Position numbers and translations under genes: made by a program. A stretch of 64,000 nt of DNA, taken from positions 3,456,001-3,520,000 of the forward strand of contig OZ252098.1 of the NCBI GenBank assembly GCA_965248355.1. The letters are read 5' to 3'. Positions 40,542 to 50,300 of the stretch are shown piece by piece. The stretch is from Candidatus Latescibacterota bacterium (GTDB taxonomy: Bacteria > Latescibacterota > UBA2968 > UBA8231). Position 1 is the stretch's first letter. The number at the start of each line of letters is the position of its first letter. Below the pieces are notes generated by a model that did no database searches, had not been told where the DNA came from, and saw nothing but the letters and a program-made list of their open reading frames with translations.

Positions 40542-41915
40542 GTGAGGTTCAGAAAAGAAGACATTTTGGCCCGTTTTCACAAGCTCCCGCATCTTCGCTT
40601 CGAGGATCAACAGCTGACTTCCTTTGCGGGAGCCATCGTTTTTCAACTGCTCTTCCGGCGCCTGGATCTGAAGACTCGGCTGAAGTCGTGCTTCCCCGCC
40701 AAGAGCTCCGCGATCTTTGGTCCCCATCTCATGGTGTTGTTGCTCATCGTGCATCTGCTGCTGGGCTTCCGGCGGCTGCGAGACATGGACTATTACCGGG
40801 ACGATCCGGTGGTGCTGCGTCTGTTGGGCTTGCGCCGCCTGCCGGACGTGGCCACCCTCAGTCGCGCCCTCGCAAGAATGGGCCGTTCGAGTATCGAAAA
40901 AGTGCGCCACCTGTCTTCGGTCCTGGTGGTGCAGGCGCTCCAGCGCGAGCGGTTCCCCCGTCTGACCCTCGACTTCGACGGCTCGGTGATCTCCACTTGT
41001 GGTCATGCCGAAGGGACCGCCGTGGGCTATAATCCGAAAAAGAAAGGGGCGCGCAGCTATTACAACCTGTTCTGTACGGTGGCGCAGACCGGACAGTTCT
41101 TCGATGTCCTTCACCGCCCCGGCAACGTCCATGACAGCAAGGACGCCCATGCGTTCATGATGGACGCCTTCGATCGGGTGCGCGACGCGCTGGCGCCTAC
41201 CGTGCTCGAGTCCCGACTCGACAGTGCCTTCTTCAGCCAGGACACGCTCACGCTCCTGGACCTGTATGGCGTCGAATGCACGATCAGTGTCCCTTTCGAA
41301 CGCTTCCCCGTACTCAAGGACCAGATCGAAGCGCGCCAGCGCTGGCGCTTTCTCGATGAACACTGCGCCTATTTCGAGAGTGACTGGAAACCCCAACGCT
41401 GGCCCGCCTCGTACCGATTTCTCTTGGTCCGCCGTGCGGTCGCGCGTCAGACCAAGGAACCGCTGCAACTGGATCTGTTCGAACCCCGGCCCATCGATCA
41501 TGAGTACCGCGTTCTGGTGACCAACAAGAGGATCTCGGCCCGCCGCGTGCTCCTCTTCCACTATGGCCGCGGCGCCCAGGAAGGGATCTTCGCCGAGGCC
41601 AAGCAACAGGCCGGGCTGGATCTGATCCCCACCCGGCGGCTGCTCGGCAACCAGATGGTGACTTTGTGTGCGATGATGGCCCACAATCTGGGACGCGAAA
41701 TGCAGATGCGGGCGCAGGCGCGATCCAACTATTCGCGCGCCAAACGCCCGGCGGCGTGGACCTTCCAGACCTTGGACACTCTGCGTCATCGCTTCATTCA
41801 GCGCGCCGGGCGCCTCACTCGGCCCAAGGGCGAGTTGACCCTGACCCTGAACTCCAATCCAAAAGTGGAAAAAGATCTGTTGCATTTCCTCGAAACACTG
41901 AAGGATGCCGCCTGA
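40542..41915 (+). CDS. IS1380-family transposase
   Basis: 'LTSFAG', 'TLDFDGSV', 'RPGNVH', 'SRLDSAFF', 'GRGAQEGIFAEAK', 'TLRHRFIQRAGRL'. Confidence 0.9.
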   Translation: MRFRKEDILARFHKLPHLRFEDQQLTSFAGAIVFQLLFRRLDLKTRLKSCFPAKSSAIFGPHLMVLLLIVHLLLGFRRLRDMDYYRDDPVVLRLLGLRRLPDVATLSRALARMGRSSIEKVRHLSSVLVVQALQRERFPRLTLDFDGSVISTCGHAEGTAVGYNPKKKGARSYYNLFCTVAQTGQFFDVLHRPGNVHDSKDAHAFMMDAFDRVRDALAPTVLESRLDSAFFSQDTLTLLDLYGVECTISVPFERFPVLKDQIEARQRWRFLDEHCAYFESDWKPQRWPASYRFLLVRRAVARQTKEPLQLDLFEPRPIDHEYRVLVTNKRISARRVLLFHYGRGAQEGIFAEAKQQAGLDLIPTRRLLGNQMVTLCAMMAHNLGREMQMRAQARSNYSRAKRPAAWTFQTLDTLRHRFIQRAGRLTRPKGELTLTLNSNPKVEKDLLHFLETLKDAA

Positions 41916-43055
41916 TCACACCACCGCCTTCAAACAGATTTATGCAACGTTAGGGTACAGGCCCTTGCCTCCATCGATCACCACGAGCAGCCCGGCTTCG
42001 TATTGCAGGCCCCGCTCGACCAGCTCCGCCAGGAAGCGGCGACAGACGCGCTCGTTCTCGGTGGCCGCCTGCACGAAGCCCAAGGGCACCTTCTGGCCCT
42101 CCAGAGTCACACCCAGGGCGATGAGGATCTCCTCGTCGGCGAAGCTCTTGCCGTCCAGAAACAGCGCCACCAGGTCGTAGCCTTCCAAGGATCGCTGCTG
42201 GAATTCGGCCAGCTTGCGCGCCGTGCCTTTCACGTACCGGCGAGAGACCGAGGAACGGGACAGACCGAAGGCTTGCGGGACGGTCTCGGCGCAGGCCTCG
42301 TAGTTGCGCGTGGCCAAGCCCTTCAGCACCCGCAACAACAGCCCCTGGTCCATCTGCCTCGGCGTCTGCAGGGCCTGATAGGCCTCCAGCGGGACCTCGG
42401 TGCCGCGGACCACATCGCGCACGCGCGGCACCTCGACCGGCAGTTTCTGATCGCCCAGGTACACCGACCCGGCCTGCGCCCCCCAGCGGCGCAACGCCTG
42501 ATCCGGACCCTTGCGCTGATACCGAGGTCCGGCCAAGGCCTCGACCGACTGCTGCAGCTCCTCCGAGACCGCCTGCAGACCCAAAGGGATCAGCAGCTGG
42601 ATGACCTCGATGCGAGTCTCCAGATCGTCCATCGACGCGGTGGCTTGGCGGTTCACGGGGCCGATGGCCACGGTCCGTTTGACGCCCTTCTTCCGTGCTT
42701 GTAGCTTGCTCATGGCAGGCTCCTTGGGTTACCGATACGAGGCTTCTTGGGGATTTCTCGTATCAAACGTAACGATGGGAGCCTGTGCTATTTCAACTAA
42801 GATCGGGACAATGCCTTGAGGTCGCCTTGGACCCGAAGTGCAGGATCCTGTCGGCTCCGCCCGCTTGTTTGACGTAGCGTTCCAACTGCCCTTGCACGAT
42901 AGTGCGCAAGAACGAGATGGCATCAATGAAGTTGGACTTGCCCGATCCGTTAGCCCCGATAAGCACGTTCAGAGGACGCAGCTTCAGCATGGTATGGCCA
43001 ATGCTCTTGGACCCTTCGACTACAACCCCATCAAGTCTGGACATGGCTCGTTTGC

Positions 43056-45995
43056 CTACACCCGGAACACCTTCATCACCTCGTCCCCGAGGTGGTTGAT
43101 CACCTTCACCGCGATCCGGCCCGACGCCGGCTTGGGAAAAGGCCGGGAGGTGTCGCTGTGCAGGGTCTCCCAGGCTTCCTGGTTGATCTCGGCCTTCAGC
43201 GTCGTCCGCAACGCCTTGTAGGGATCGCTGGCGCCCAGGAAGTAGGCGTGGCGGACGAAGAAGCTCTCCTCGTTGTAGTCGCTGTCGACGAACCAGCAGG
43301 CGATGCCGTCGGCGTTGTCGCTGCGGATTTCTCCGGTGTTGGGGTGGAACACGTCGACGCCGTTGACCTTGACCTGGATCTGTCCGTCCTCTGCGTCGAG
43401 CAGGTCGATGTCCGGCTCGCCGAAGATGACGAAGAGGTTGCCCTTGCCGGTGTTCTTGAGGTCGTCGGCCATGTGGAGGTCGGCGTTCATGCGCGCCTTG
43501 AGGACCGGGACGCGGCCGAGCTTGCTGAACTCCGAGGCGTGGGCGTCGTAGTTGAAGGCGCAGGCGACCAGCACGTCGAAGTCGGCGTCGGCGGCCTCGC
43601 GCACCGCCGACACGAGATCGGGGCGCGAGACGGTGCCGAACTCCGGGCCGATGAAGATGCCGGCGCGTCTCTGGGGCCCGGAGTCGCCGTTGCCGTCGAG
43701 GTAGGTCCCCTCGGCGCAGACGAGGTCGCCGGGCCAGGGCCTGATCCCGGAGAAGGAGATGCGGTCCTCCTTGTGGGCCTGCTGGACGCCGGTGGTCTTG
43801 AGGTTGTCGAGGATCATCCCGGCGAAGTCCTGCTTTTCGCCGTACCCAAGGCTGGCTTCGGCGATGTTGTCGATGAGCTCGTCGTTCTCATTGACACCGA
43901 GCAGGCGGTGCGGAGAGAGGCTCTCCACGGTGAAGGGACCGGCGACGCGGACCTTCCTGTTGTCCTCGTAAGGCTTGTCGTAGAGGTATTCGTAGTCGGC
44001 CTTGGCGGCGATGGAGGCGTCGATCTCCTTCTGCCGGGCGATGCGCTCCTCCCACCAGAGGCTGTGAAGGTCGGATGCCTCCGCGGCCCAAGGGTCGCGC
44101 GGCTGGGCGGGAACGTCCTCGAGGGCGTACTCCCGGCCCAGCGCCCTGTTCAACTCGCGCAGGGCCGAGGACTTCTCCCCGTCCGTGCGCGCGGCCTGGA
44201 CCCTGCCCCAGGCCCGGGTGGCCGCCTCCGGCCACGGGTCACCCACCTCCCGGGGAATCTCCCACTCCTCCCACTCCTGGTACAGCGCCGCGTTCAGCTC
44301 TTCCCTCAGCGGCTCCAGCCTCTCCTGGAACTTCTCCCAGATCACGTCGATCTCGGCGTTGTTGGCGATGGACTTGAGGGTGATGTGGGGGACGCGCTCG
44401 TACACGAAGCCCTGGCGGATGTCGTTGTACGTGGGCGCTTCCGAGGGGGCCTTGCGGGAGATCTCGCCTTCCTTGACCTGGCCGTCGCGGCTGTCGGCGA
44501 GCAGGTAGTAGGGATAGCGGGCGCCCATGATGCGGGCGCGGGCGAGCGCGAGGGCGACGCGGGAGGTGTCGATGGTGATCCAGCGGCGGCCCCACTGCTC
44601 GGCGACGTAAGCGGTGGTGCCGGAGCCGCAGGTGGGGTCGAGGACGAGATCTCCGGGGTCGGTGGCCATTAGGATGCAGCGTTCGACAATCTTGTGCGCG
44701 GTCTGAACGATGTAGAGCTTATCACCGCCCACGCTGCTTCCAACATCTGACCAGATGTTGGTAATTGCCTTCACAGGAAAATCTCGGATGAAACGGACAT
44801 AGTTCAGAGTTCTTCTCCCCTTCATTAAGCGGTTGGCAAATAATAACCGCCTCATGCCCTCTTCATTTGTCTTCCATCGAGCCTTAATGCTTGGTCGAAT
44901 CTCTGCACCCTCAATGGATACGGGAAACCAAGACGCAGCCCCCTCACCTTTATCACGCCCCATGCTCTGGCTTGTCATGTCACTTAGACGAAAGTAATGA
45001 CCTTCGGATAATTCGAGCCCTTGACGCACAGCCTCCATCTCACGCAATCGTTGCCCGTCAGCAAACTCTATGAACTGATATGCCTGCCCACCCGAGCCAC
45101 CCGGCGCTTTCTCAAGGTGTTGAGTACGATACTTTAACTGTCGATGATCTTTTGCATACCATAGAAGGAAGTCAGCGGTGTTTGACAGGTAATCCTGAGT
45201 CGAACTACTCGTTTTCGTGACAGTAATCAGACTTACAAAATTGCCGTCACCCATAGTTTCGTCCAACAACGCCCGCACCCGATGCACATTCTCGTCCCCA
45301 ATCTGCACGAAGACCGACCCGCTATCAGTCAACAAATCCCGCGCCACCGTCAGCCGATCCCGCAGATACGTCAGATACGAATGAATCCCGTCCCGCCACG
45401 TATCTCGGAACGCCTTCACCTGCTCCGGCTCGCGCGTGATGTGCCCGGCGTTGCCGTCCTTGACGTCGCGGCTGGTCGTTGACCACTGGAAGTTGGAGTT
45501 GAACTTGATGCCGTAGGGCGGGTCGATGTAGATGCACTGCACCTTGCCGCGCAGCCCTTCCCGCTCCGCCAAGGACGCCATCACCTGCAGGCTGTCCCCG
45601 AGGATCATCCGGTTCGACCAGTTGGCGTCGTGCTGGTAGAACTCCGTCTGCGCGTCCCCCGCCGGCAGCCCGTTGAAGTCCGCGAACAGGTCGGCCTGGT
45701 CCTCCATCTCCCTGGTCCGCTGCCGCAGGTCGTCGATCAGGACCTTCGGATGCACTTTCTCCTGGATGAACAGCGGCGGCGCCTGCACCACCAAGTCCGA
45801 CCAGTCCTGCTCGTCCTTGCCGCGCCAGACAAGCTGCGGGTCGAGGTCCGGGTTGCGCCGCTCATACGCGACCCTGACCGGATTGCGGTCGTCCTCCGCC
45901 ATCACCGCCTGGTACTCGGCCGTGGGGATGTTCTTCCGCGATGCCTCCTGGTGCCGCAGGCTCTCGACGGTCTTCGTCGACTTTCGTTTCGTCAT
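43056..45995 (-). CDS. mod: Type III restriction-modification DNA methyltransferase (Mod, beta-class N6-adenine)
   Basis: Catalytic 'IYIDPPY', SAM motif 'VLDPTCGSGTT', central variable region; linked to res. Confidence 0.92.
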   Translation of the reverse strand: MTKRKSTKTVESLRHQEASRKNIPTAEYQAVMAEDDRNPVRVAYERRNPDLDPQLVWRGKDEQDWSDLVVQAPPLFIQEKVHPKVLIDDLRQRTREMEDQADLFADFNGLPAGDAQTEFYQHDANWSNRMILGDSLQVMASLAEREGLRGKVQCIYIDPPYGIKFNSNFQWSTTSRDVKDGNAGHITREPEQVKAFRDTWRDGIHSYLTYLRDRLTVARDLLTDSGSVFVQIGDENVHRVRALLDETMGDGNFVSLITVTKTSSSTQDYLSNTADFLLWYAKDHRQLKYRTQHLEKAPGGSGGQAYQFIEFADGQRLREMEAVRQGLELSEGHYFRLSDMTSQSMGRDKGEGAASWFPVSIEGAEIRPSIKARWKTNEEGMRRLLFANRLMKGRRTLNYVRFIRDFPVKAITNIWSDVGSSVGGDKLYIVQTAHKIVERCILMATDPGDLVLDPTCGSGTTAYVAEQWGRRWITIDTSRVALALARARIMGARYPYYLLADSRDGQVKEGEISRKAPSEAPTYNDIRQGFVYERVPHITLKSIANNAEIDVIWEKFQERLEPLREELNAALYQEWEEWEIPREVGDPWPEAATRAWGRVQAARTDGEKSSALRELNRALGREYALEDVPAQPRDPWAAEASDLHSLWWEERIARQKEIDASIAAKADYEYLYDKPYEDNRKVRVAGPFTVESLSPHRLLGVNENDELIDNIAEASLGYGEKQDFAGMILDNLKTTGVQQAHKEDRISFSGIRPWPGDLVCAEGTYLDGNGDSGPQRRAGIFIGPEFGTVSRPDLVSAVREAADADFDVLVACAFNYDAHASEFSKLGRVPVLKARMNADLHMADDLKNTGKGNLFVIFGEPDIDLLDAEDGQIQVKVNGVDVFHPNTGEIRSDNADGIACWFVDSDYNEESFFVRHAYFLGASDPYKALRTTLKAEINQEAWETLHSDTSRPFPKPASGRIAVKVINHLGDEVMKVFRV

Positions 45996-46367
45996 CTATA
46001 CGGAGTCCTCGTTGGTCGTACTCAGCAGGGTTCGCAACTCTGGCAGCAGATCTGGAATCGCATCTTGAATGAGTGTCCAGATGATACCGTTACTGATGCT
46101 CAGATAGCTGTGGGCCAAGCGGTTGCGCGTCCCCACAATCGCATGCCAGGGAATGTCCTGGTACGCCTCACGCACCTCGCTCGGAATATGGGTTGCTGCC
46201 TCGCCGATCAGTTCCAGATTGCGCAGGGTGGCGTCATAGGTGAGTCCATCCGCGATGAACGCGTCCTGATCCAGGCCCTCGGTATAGGTCAGCACCTTCT
46301 CGCTGAATTCGATCATGTCCTGAACGTAGAACCGCCATTCTCGCGCTCCTTGCTCAGCATCAGACAT
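45996..46367 (-). CDS. HEPN (DUF86/HepT-like) ribonuclease toxin
   Basis: 'RNLELIGEA' and RX4HXY motif 'RNRLAHSY'. Confidence 0.9.
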   Translation of the reverse strand: MSDAEQGAREWRFYVQDMIEFSEKVLTYTEGLDQDAFIADGLTYDATLRNLELIGEAATHIPSEVREAYQDIPWHAIVGTRNRLAHSYLSISNGIIWTLIQDAIPDLLPELRTLLSTTNEDSV

Positions 46368-46650
46368 TGATCACCTCCCGCTCCACGTAGGGGCGAATCT
46401 CGGCGCGAAGGTCCTGATTGGTTGCCAGGTCCACGGGCCGCCCTAGTAGCTCTTCCAAGTAGCCTTGAGCTCCGAAATAGCGTTGCCAATTTGGGGGCAT
46501 GCCGAACCGCACCAGGACGTCGACGTCGCTGTCGTCGGTAGCCTGGTCACGCGCGAAGGAACCGAACAGGGCGAGTTCGGTGACGCCAAAGCGTTCGGAG
46601 AGTGTCGCCTTGTGGGTTCTGAGCACCTTCAGGACTTCATCCCTGTTCAT
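46360..46650 (-). CDS. Minimal nucleotidyltransferase (MNT/MntA-like) antitoxin
   Basis: GSX10DXD motif 'GSFARDQATDDSDVD'; ATG 46650 with RBS GAGGG; overlaps the HEPN start. Confidence 0.9.
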   Translation of the reverse strand: MNRDEVLKVLRTHKATLSERFGVTELALFGSFARDQATDDSDVDVLVRFGMPPNWQRYFGAQGYLEELLGRPVDLATNQDLRAEIRPYVEREVINV

Positions 46651-46681
46651 TGACCCTCTCCCTTCCGTGCCAGTCGTCGGA

Positions 46682-46870
46682 TCATCCGATCCGTGGAACG
46701 GCGAGGTTCGCGCAGATCTCGCGGACGAGCAAGTTGTCCACTTCCACGTGGCGCGGAATGGCCGTCTGCCGGTCACCACGAGCGTTCTGCCAGATCGAAT
46801 GCCGGCGACCTGCGCGTAACAGCGTGCAGCCGTGCCGCCGCAAATGCCTGAGAAGCGTCGTGCGCTTCAT
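46682..46870 (-). CDS. hicA: HicA family mRNA interferase toxin
   Basis: 62 aa, 'GRRHSIW', 'IPRHVEV'. Confidence 0.88.
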   Translation of the reverse strand: MKRTTLLRHLRRHGCTLLRAGRRHSIWQNARGDRQTAIPRHVEVDNLLVREICANLAVPRIG

Positions 46871-47076
46871 GCAACGGAGATCTTTGCCGTCTCATAGCCG
46901 TCCCCGGCCGCCGATCGGGCCGCCTGGCGTCTGATCTCCAACATCTCCCCGAGCGTGACGGCGAGCGTGTCCACGAGCTCTTCGCGGGTGCGTTCCTGGC
47001 AGGTCACGCCGGGTACTTCCTGGATCCAGCCGATCCACCATTCGCCCCTGCGATTCACGATTGCCGTGTATTCCAT
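46867..47076 (-). CDS. hicB: HicB family antitoxin (short, no C-terminal DNA-binding domain)
   Basis: 'YTAIV..GEWWIGWIQEVPGVTCQERTREEL'; ATGA overlap with hicA. Confidence 0.88.
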   Translation of the reverse strand: MEYTAIVNRRGEWWIGWIQEVPGVTCQERTREELVDTLAVTLGEMLEIRRQAARSAAGDGYETAKISVA

Positions 47077-47311
47077 GTTCGTTCCTCTCTCGACTTCTGA
47101 ACTTCCTCACTGGGCATTGGAGTTCCCTTGGCACTTCCGACGCCTCTCTGTCCCCTCTCGCAATTTGTCAAGTGCCACGGTCTTTCCGGTGCAAAGGTGG
47201 TGCTGTATTCCGGAGCCGAGTGGCTAAAGCCTGGTGGTCTGTTCCTACGCACCATTTGCGCGACCTCCTCTCTCAGATTTTGGGGCGCTGTACCCGCCAC
47301 GGAGTGGCTAG

Positions 47312-50300
47312 TCATTCGCTGGCCTGGATCTCCACTTCGGAGCGAAGCTCCTCAACCAAACGATTGAACGCAGCTTCCACCTCGAAGACATCCGTAAACT
47401 CGGCAAATACCCAGCGCCCGTAGTCCCCGTGGTTGTTCACCCCGGGGACCCAGTAGGTGTCCATGGTCGCCTTCTTGTCCCTGGCGTCCTCCCCCCGGTA
47501 GCCCTTGATCTCGACGACCAGGTGCAGGAGATCTTCCTCGCCTTGGCCGTCGTCGACGAGGACGATGAAGTCCGGCAGGTAAGTCCGCGTTTCGGAGCCG
47601 GAACGGTAGGGGACCTCCAGGCCGAGGTTGTGGTTCTTGACGTAGGCCCTGACCTGCGGGTGGGACTCGGCGACGCGGCAGAACTCCGCCTCCCAGTCGC
47701 TGTCGAGGACGACCCAGTTGATGTGGCAGCGGCGGGAATCGGTCTGGTACCGGCTGGTTTTGGTGGTGGTGAAATTAACGTGGGCCGTGGAACCGACGGG
47801 ATTGTATGGATCGAGTACGGCCTTGACTGGGCGACGGTCAATTCCCGCTTGCGTGATGGCCGCGGCGATGCGCTCGCAGGCCGTGTCGGCCAGTTCCTGG
47901 TACATGAGTTGGGCGGGATACGTGCCCCCCTTGCAGACGAGATAGCCGTTGAGCCACTGCCTGGTGATCCGCTTGAGCTGTCCGAAGAGATGGAGCTTCG
48001 GCTCCTCGCCCGGGTCGCGGTATTTCGTGTAGAGGAGGCGCTGGGTCAGGTGGAACAGCAGGGTCGAGGTCCGCAGGCCGTCGGTGTGAACGAGGTTCAG
48101 GTCGACCCCCTCGCCGATGATCCCCTGGTTTCTCGTGATCGAGGGACCGACCACTTCGGGGGTCAAGCTGAACTCCGAGACTTCGTTGAACTCGGCTTCG
48201 AGCCGGTCCTCCGGCAGCTCCACCCGGTACCCGGCCACCCGGGGGAAACGGATCTCCAGCGCGTCTCGTTCCGGGCGCACCGCCCGCACGTGGACCGTCG
48301 GTCTCGGCGGCTTCGCCGGGGCCAGGACTGGCTTGGCGGTAAAGTCGAAGGGGATCCCCAAGACGTCGGCGTACTCGACGTCGAACAGGCCGTCTTCGTT
48401 GAGGTCGTATGACTGCCGCCGCAGGGCGCGGCCGACGACCTGCTCGCAGAGCAGCTGCGTCCCGAAGGCACGGACGCCGAGCACGTGGCTGACGGTGTTC
48501 GCGTCCCACCCTTCGGTCAGCATCGACACCGACACCACGCAGCGGATCGAGTCCCCGAGCCGATCCTCCTTGCCGACGGTGTTCATGACCTCCCGGAGGA
48601 GGTCCTGGTCGGTGATCTTCTCCGCCTGGCGGAGGTCGCCGGTGCGCTCGACGATCTCCCTGCGGAAGCGCTCGATCTCGTCGGCGGCCATGTCGCGGAA
48701 GTTCCTGTCCAGCGCCTCCCCGGACTCCAGCTGCTCGCTGTCGATCAGAAGGGTTCGGGGCCTCGGGAGTCGAGTGCCGTCCTCGTCGAAGTTGCGGAAC
48801 AGCTCGAGGCGCCCGTTCTCCAACGTCGTCGGGCGGTTCTCGTTCTCGCGGTGGAAGCCGGAGATGTAGTCGTAGACCAGCTTGGAGGTCGAGGTGTTGT
48901 TGCAGACGATGATGAAGCAGGGAGGCACGGAAATGCCGGCCTCCTGCATCATTTCAAAGGTTTTGCGGTAATGGCCGTACAGCGCCTCCAGAGCGGTCTG
49001 CAGCTCAACGGGCAGGCTCAGGGGATCGAGGTGACTAACCTTGCCCCGCCCCTTCTTCGGCATGTCCTCGCGGATATGCTCCCACAGGTTGCGGAACTTC
49101 GGCATGTCGCCGCCGGGGATGTTGTCGGCCACCGGCACCCGGGGCAGCTTGACGATGCCGCACTCGATGGCATCCATGAGCGAGAAATCGCACATCGTCC
49201 ACGGGAAAAGGGTGCCTTCGGCGTAGCCGGACCCGCGCAGAAAGAAGGGGGTCGCCGAGAGGTCGAATACCCGGTTGATGCCGAGCTTTTCGCCGACGGT
49301 TTCCAGCCCCGAAATCCACAAGCGGGCGGCCTCCGTGTTCTTCTCGGCCTCCTTCCTGTCGTCTCCCTTCAGCGTTTCTTCCTCGACCTCTCCCGGCTTC
49401 TCGCGGTAGCAGTGGTGGGCCTCGTCGTTGAGGACGAGGACGTTCTTCATGCCCATGAGCTCCGGCATGACCCGCTGCAGCATCTGCCCCTCGGTCTCCA
49501 GGGTCGCCAGCGACTCGCCCCGTCCCTGGAGCAGGGAACGGCCCCCCTTGGACAGCTCCATGCGCTCGCGCAGCTTGAAGGCGTGGTAGTTGGTGATGAC
49601 GATCTTCGCCTTCTCCAGGTCGGAGCGCATGTCGTTGGGGACCAGCTCGCGGCCCTGGAAGTAGCTGTCGGGGTCGTTCGGCTGCAGCACCCGCAGGCGG
49701 TCCTTGATGGTGATGCCCGGGGTGACGACGAGGAAGCCGCGGGTGAAGCGGCTGCTCTGGGGCCGGCGCACCGCGTTTATGGTCTGCCAGGCGATCAGCA
49801 TCGCCATGACCGTGGTCTTGCCGGCGCCGGTCGCCAGTTTGAGGGCCAGCCGCGGCAGGTCCGGGTTGGCCTCTTCGTTGGCGTTGGCCAGATGGTCGAG
49901 GAAGTCGCGGCCGGCACGCGCCCTGGGCGCCACCTCGGTGAGCCAGATGGCGGTCTCGGACGCTTCGAGCTGGCAGAAGAAGGGGCGGATGCCGCTGAAG
50001 TGGTGGTGCCGCCAGTGCCGGAGCAGGCGGGCTGTCTCCGGGGTCACCTGCCACTGGGCCTCCGGCAGCTCGCGCCAGCGGTCGACCTGCTGGCGGACCC
50101 CGTTGATGATGGCGGTCAGGTCGTACTGCTGGCCATCGGTCCCGAGCTTCTGGGCCTTCTCGTCGAATACGAGCCTGGCCTGCTGCGCCGAGCCTTTGCG
50201 CTTCCGGGGCTTCGGGATCGGCGTGATGAACTCCGCCTGCCGGCGGCTCTCGATGGTCTTATGGGTCGGCTGCCCGGTCTCGTCCAGCTCCCATTGCCGG

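Larger units (their letters stand above)
38844..41955 (+). mobile_element. IS1380-family insertion sequence (middle; 1548 bp without nested element)
   Basis: TIRs CCCTCTGGTTGCATAA / CCCTAACGTTGCATAA; 4-bp TSD TACA at 38840-38843 and 41956-41959. Confidence 0.9.
38326..42713 (-). pseudogene. IS256-family transposase split by IS1380 (423 aa when rejoined)
   Basis: N-part 41956-42713 ('LFLDGK', 'VVIDGGKGLY') and C-part 38326-38839 ('KAVRSV..VQRCQYHK', 'RTTNCIENVNS') rejoin in frame. Confidence 0.9.
38276..42815 (-). mobile_element. IS256-family insertion sequence (outermost; 1424 bp without nested elements)
   Basis: Imperfect TIRs GGGCAAGTCCCATTCTCAGTTGAAA / GGCATTGTCCCGATCTTAGTTGAAA; 8-bp TSD TTGAGGTC at 38268-38275 and 42816-42823. 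Confidence 0.9.
37399..43044 (-). pseudogene. AAA_21/ABC-type ATPase (365 aa when rejoined), interrupted by nested IS elements
   Basis: N-part 42816-43044 has Walker A GANGSGKSN; C-part 37399-38267 has 'LSDGTLRF', Walker B 'LLDEPELGLHP' and 'ATQSP'. Removing the IS plus one TTGAGGTC copy restores HFGSKATSKLEMQVSF in frame. Confidence 0.92.

Noticed and set aside
47055..47315. 86-aa ORF starting in an ATGA overlap with the res stop
   Set aside because: No recognisable motif, atypical composition, and it overlaps the hicB start; at most a gene relic.
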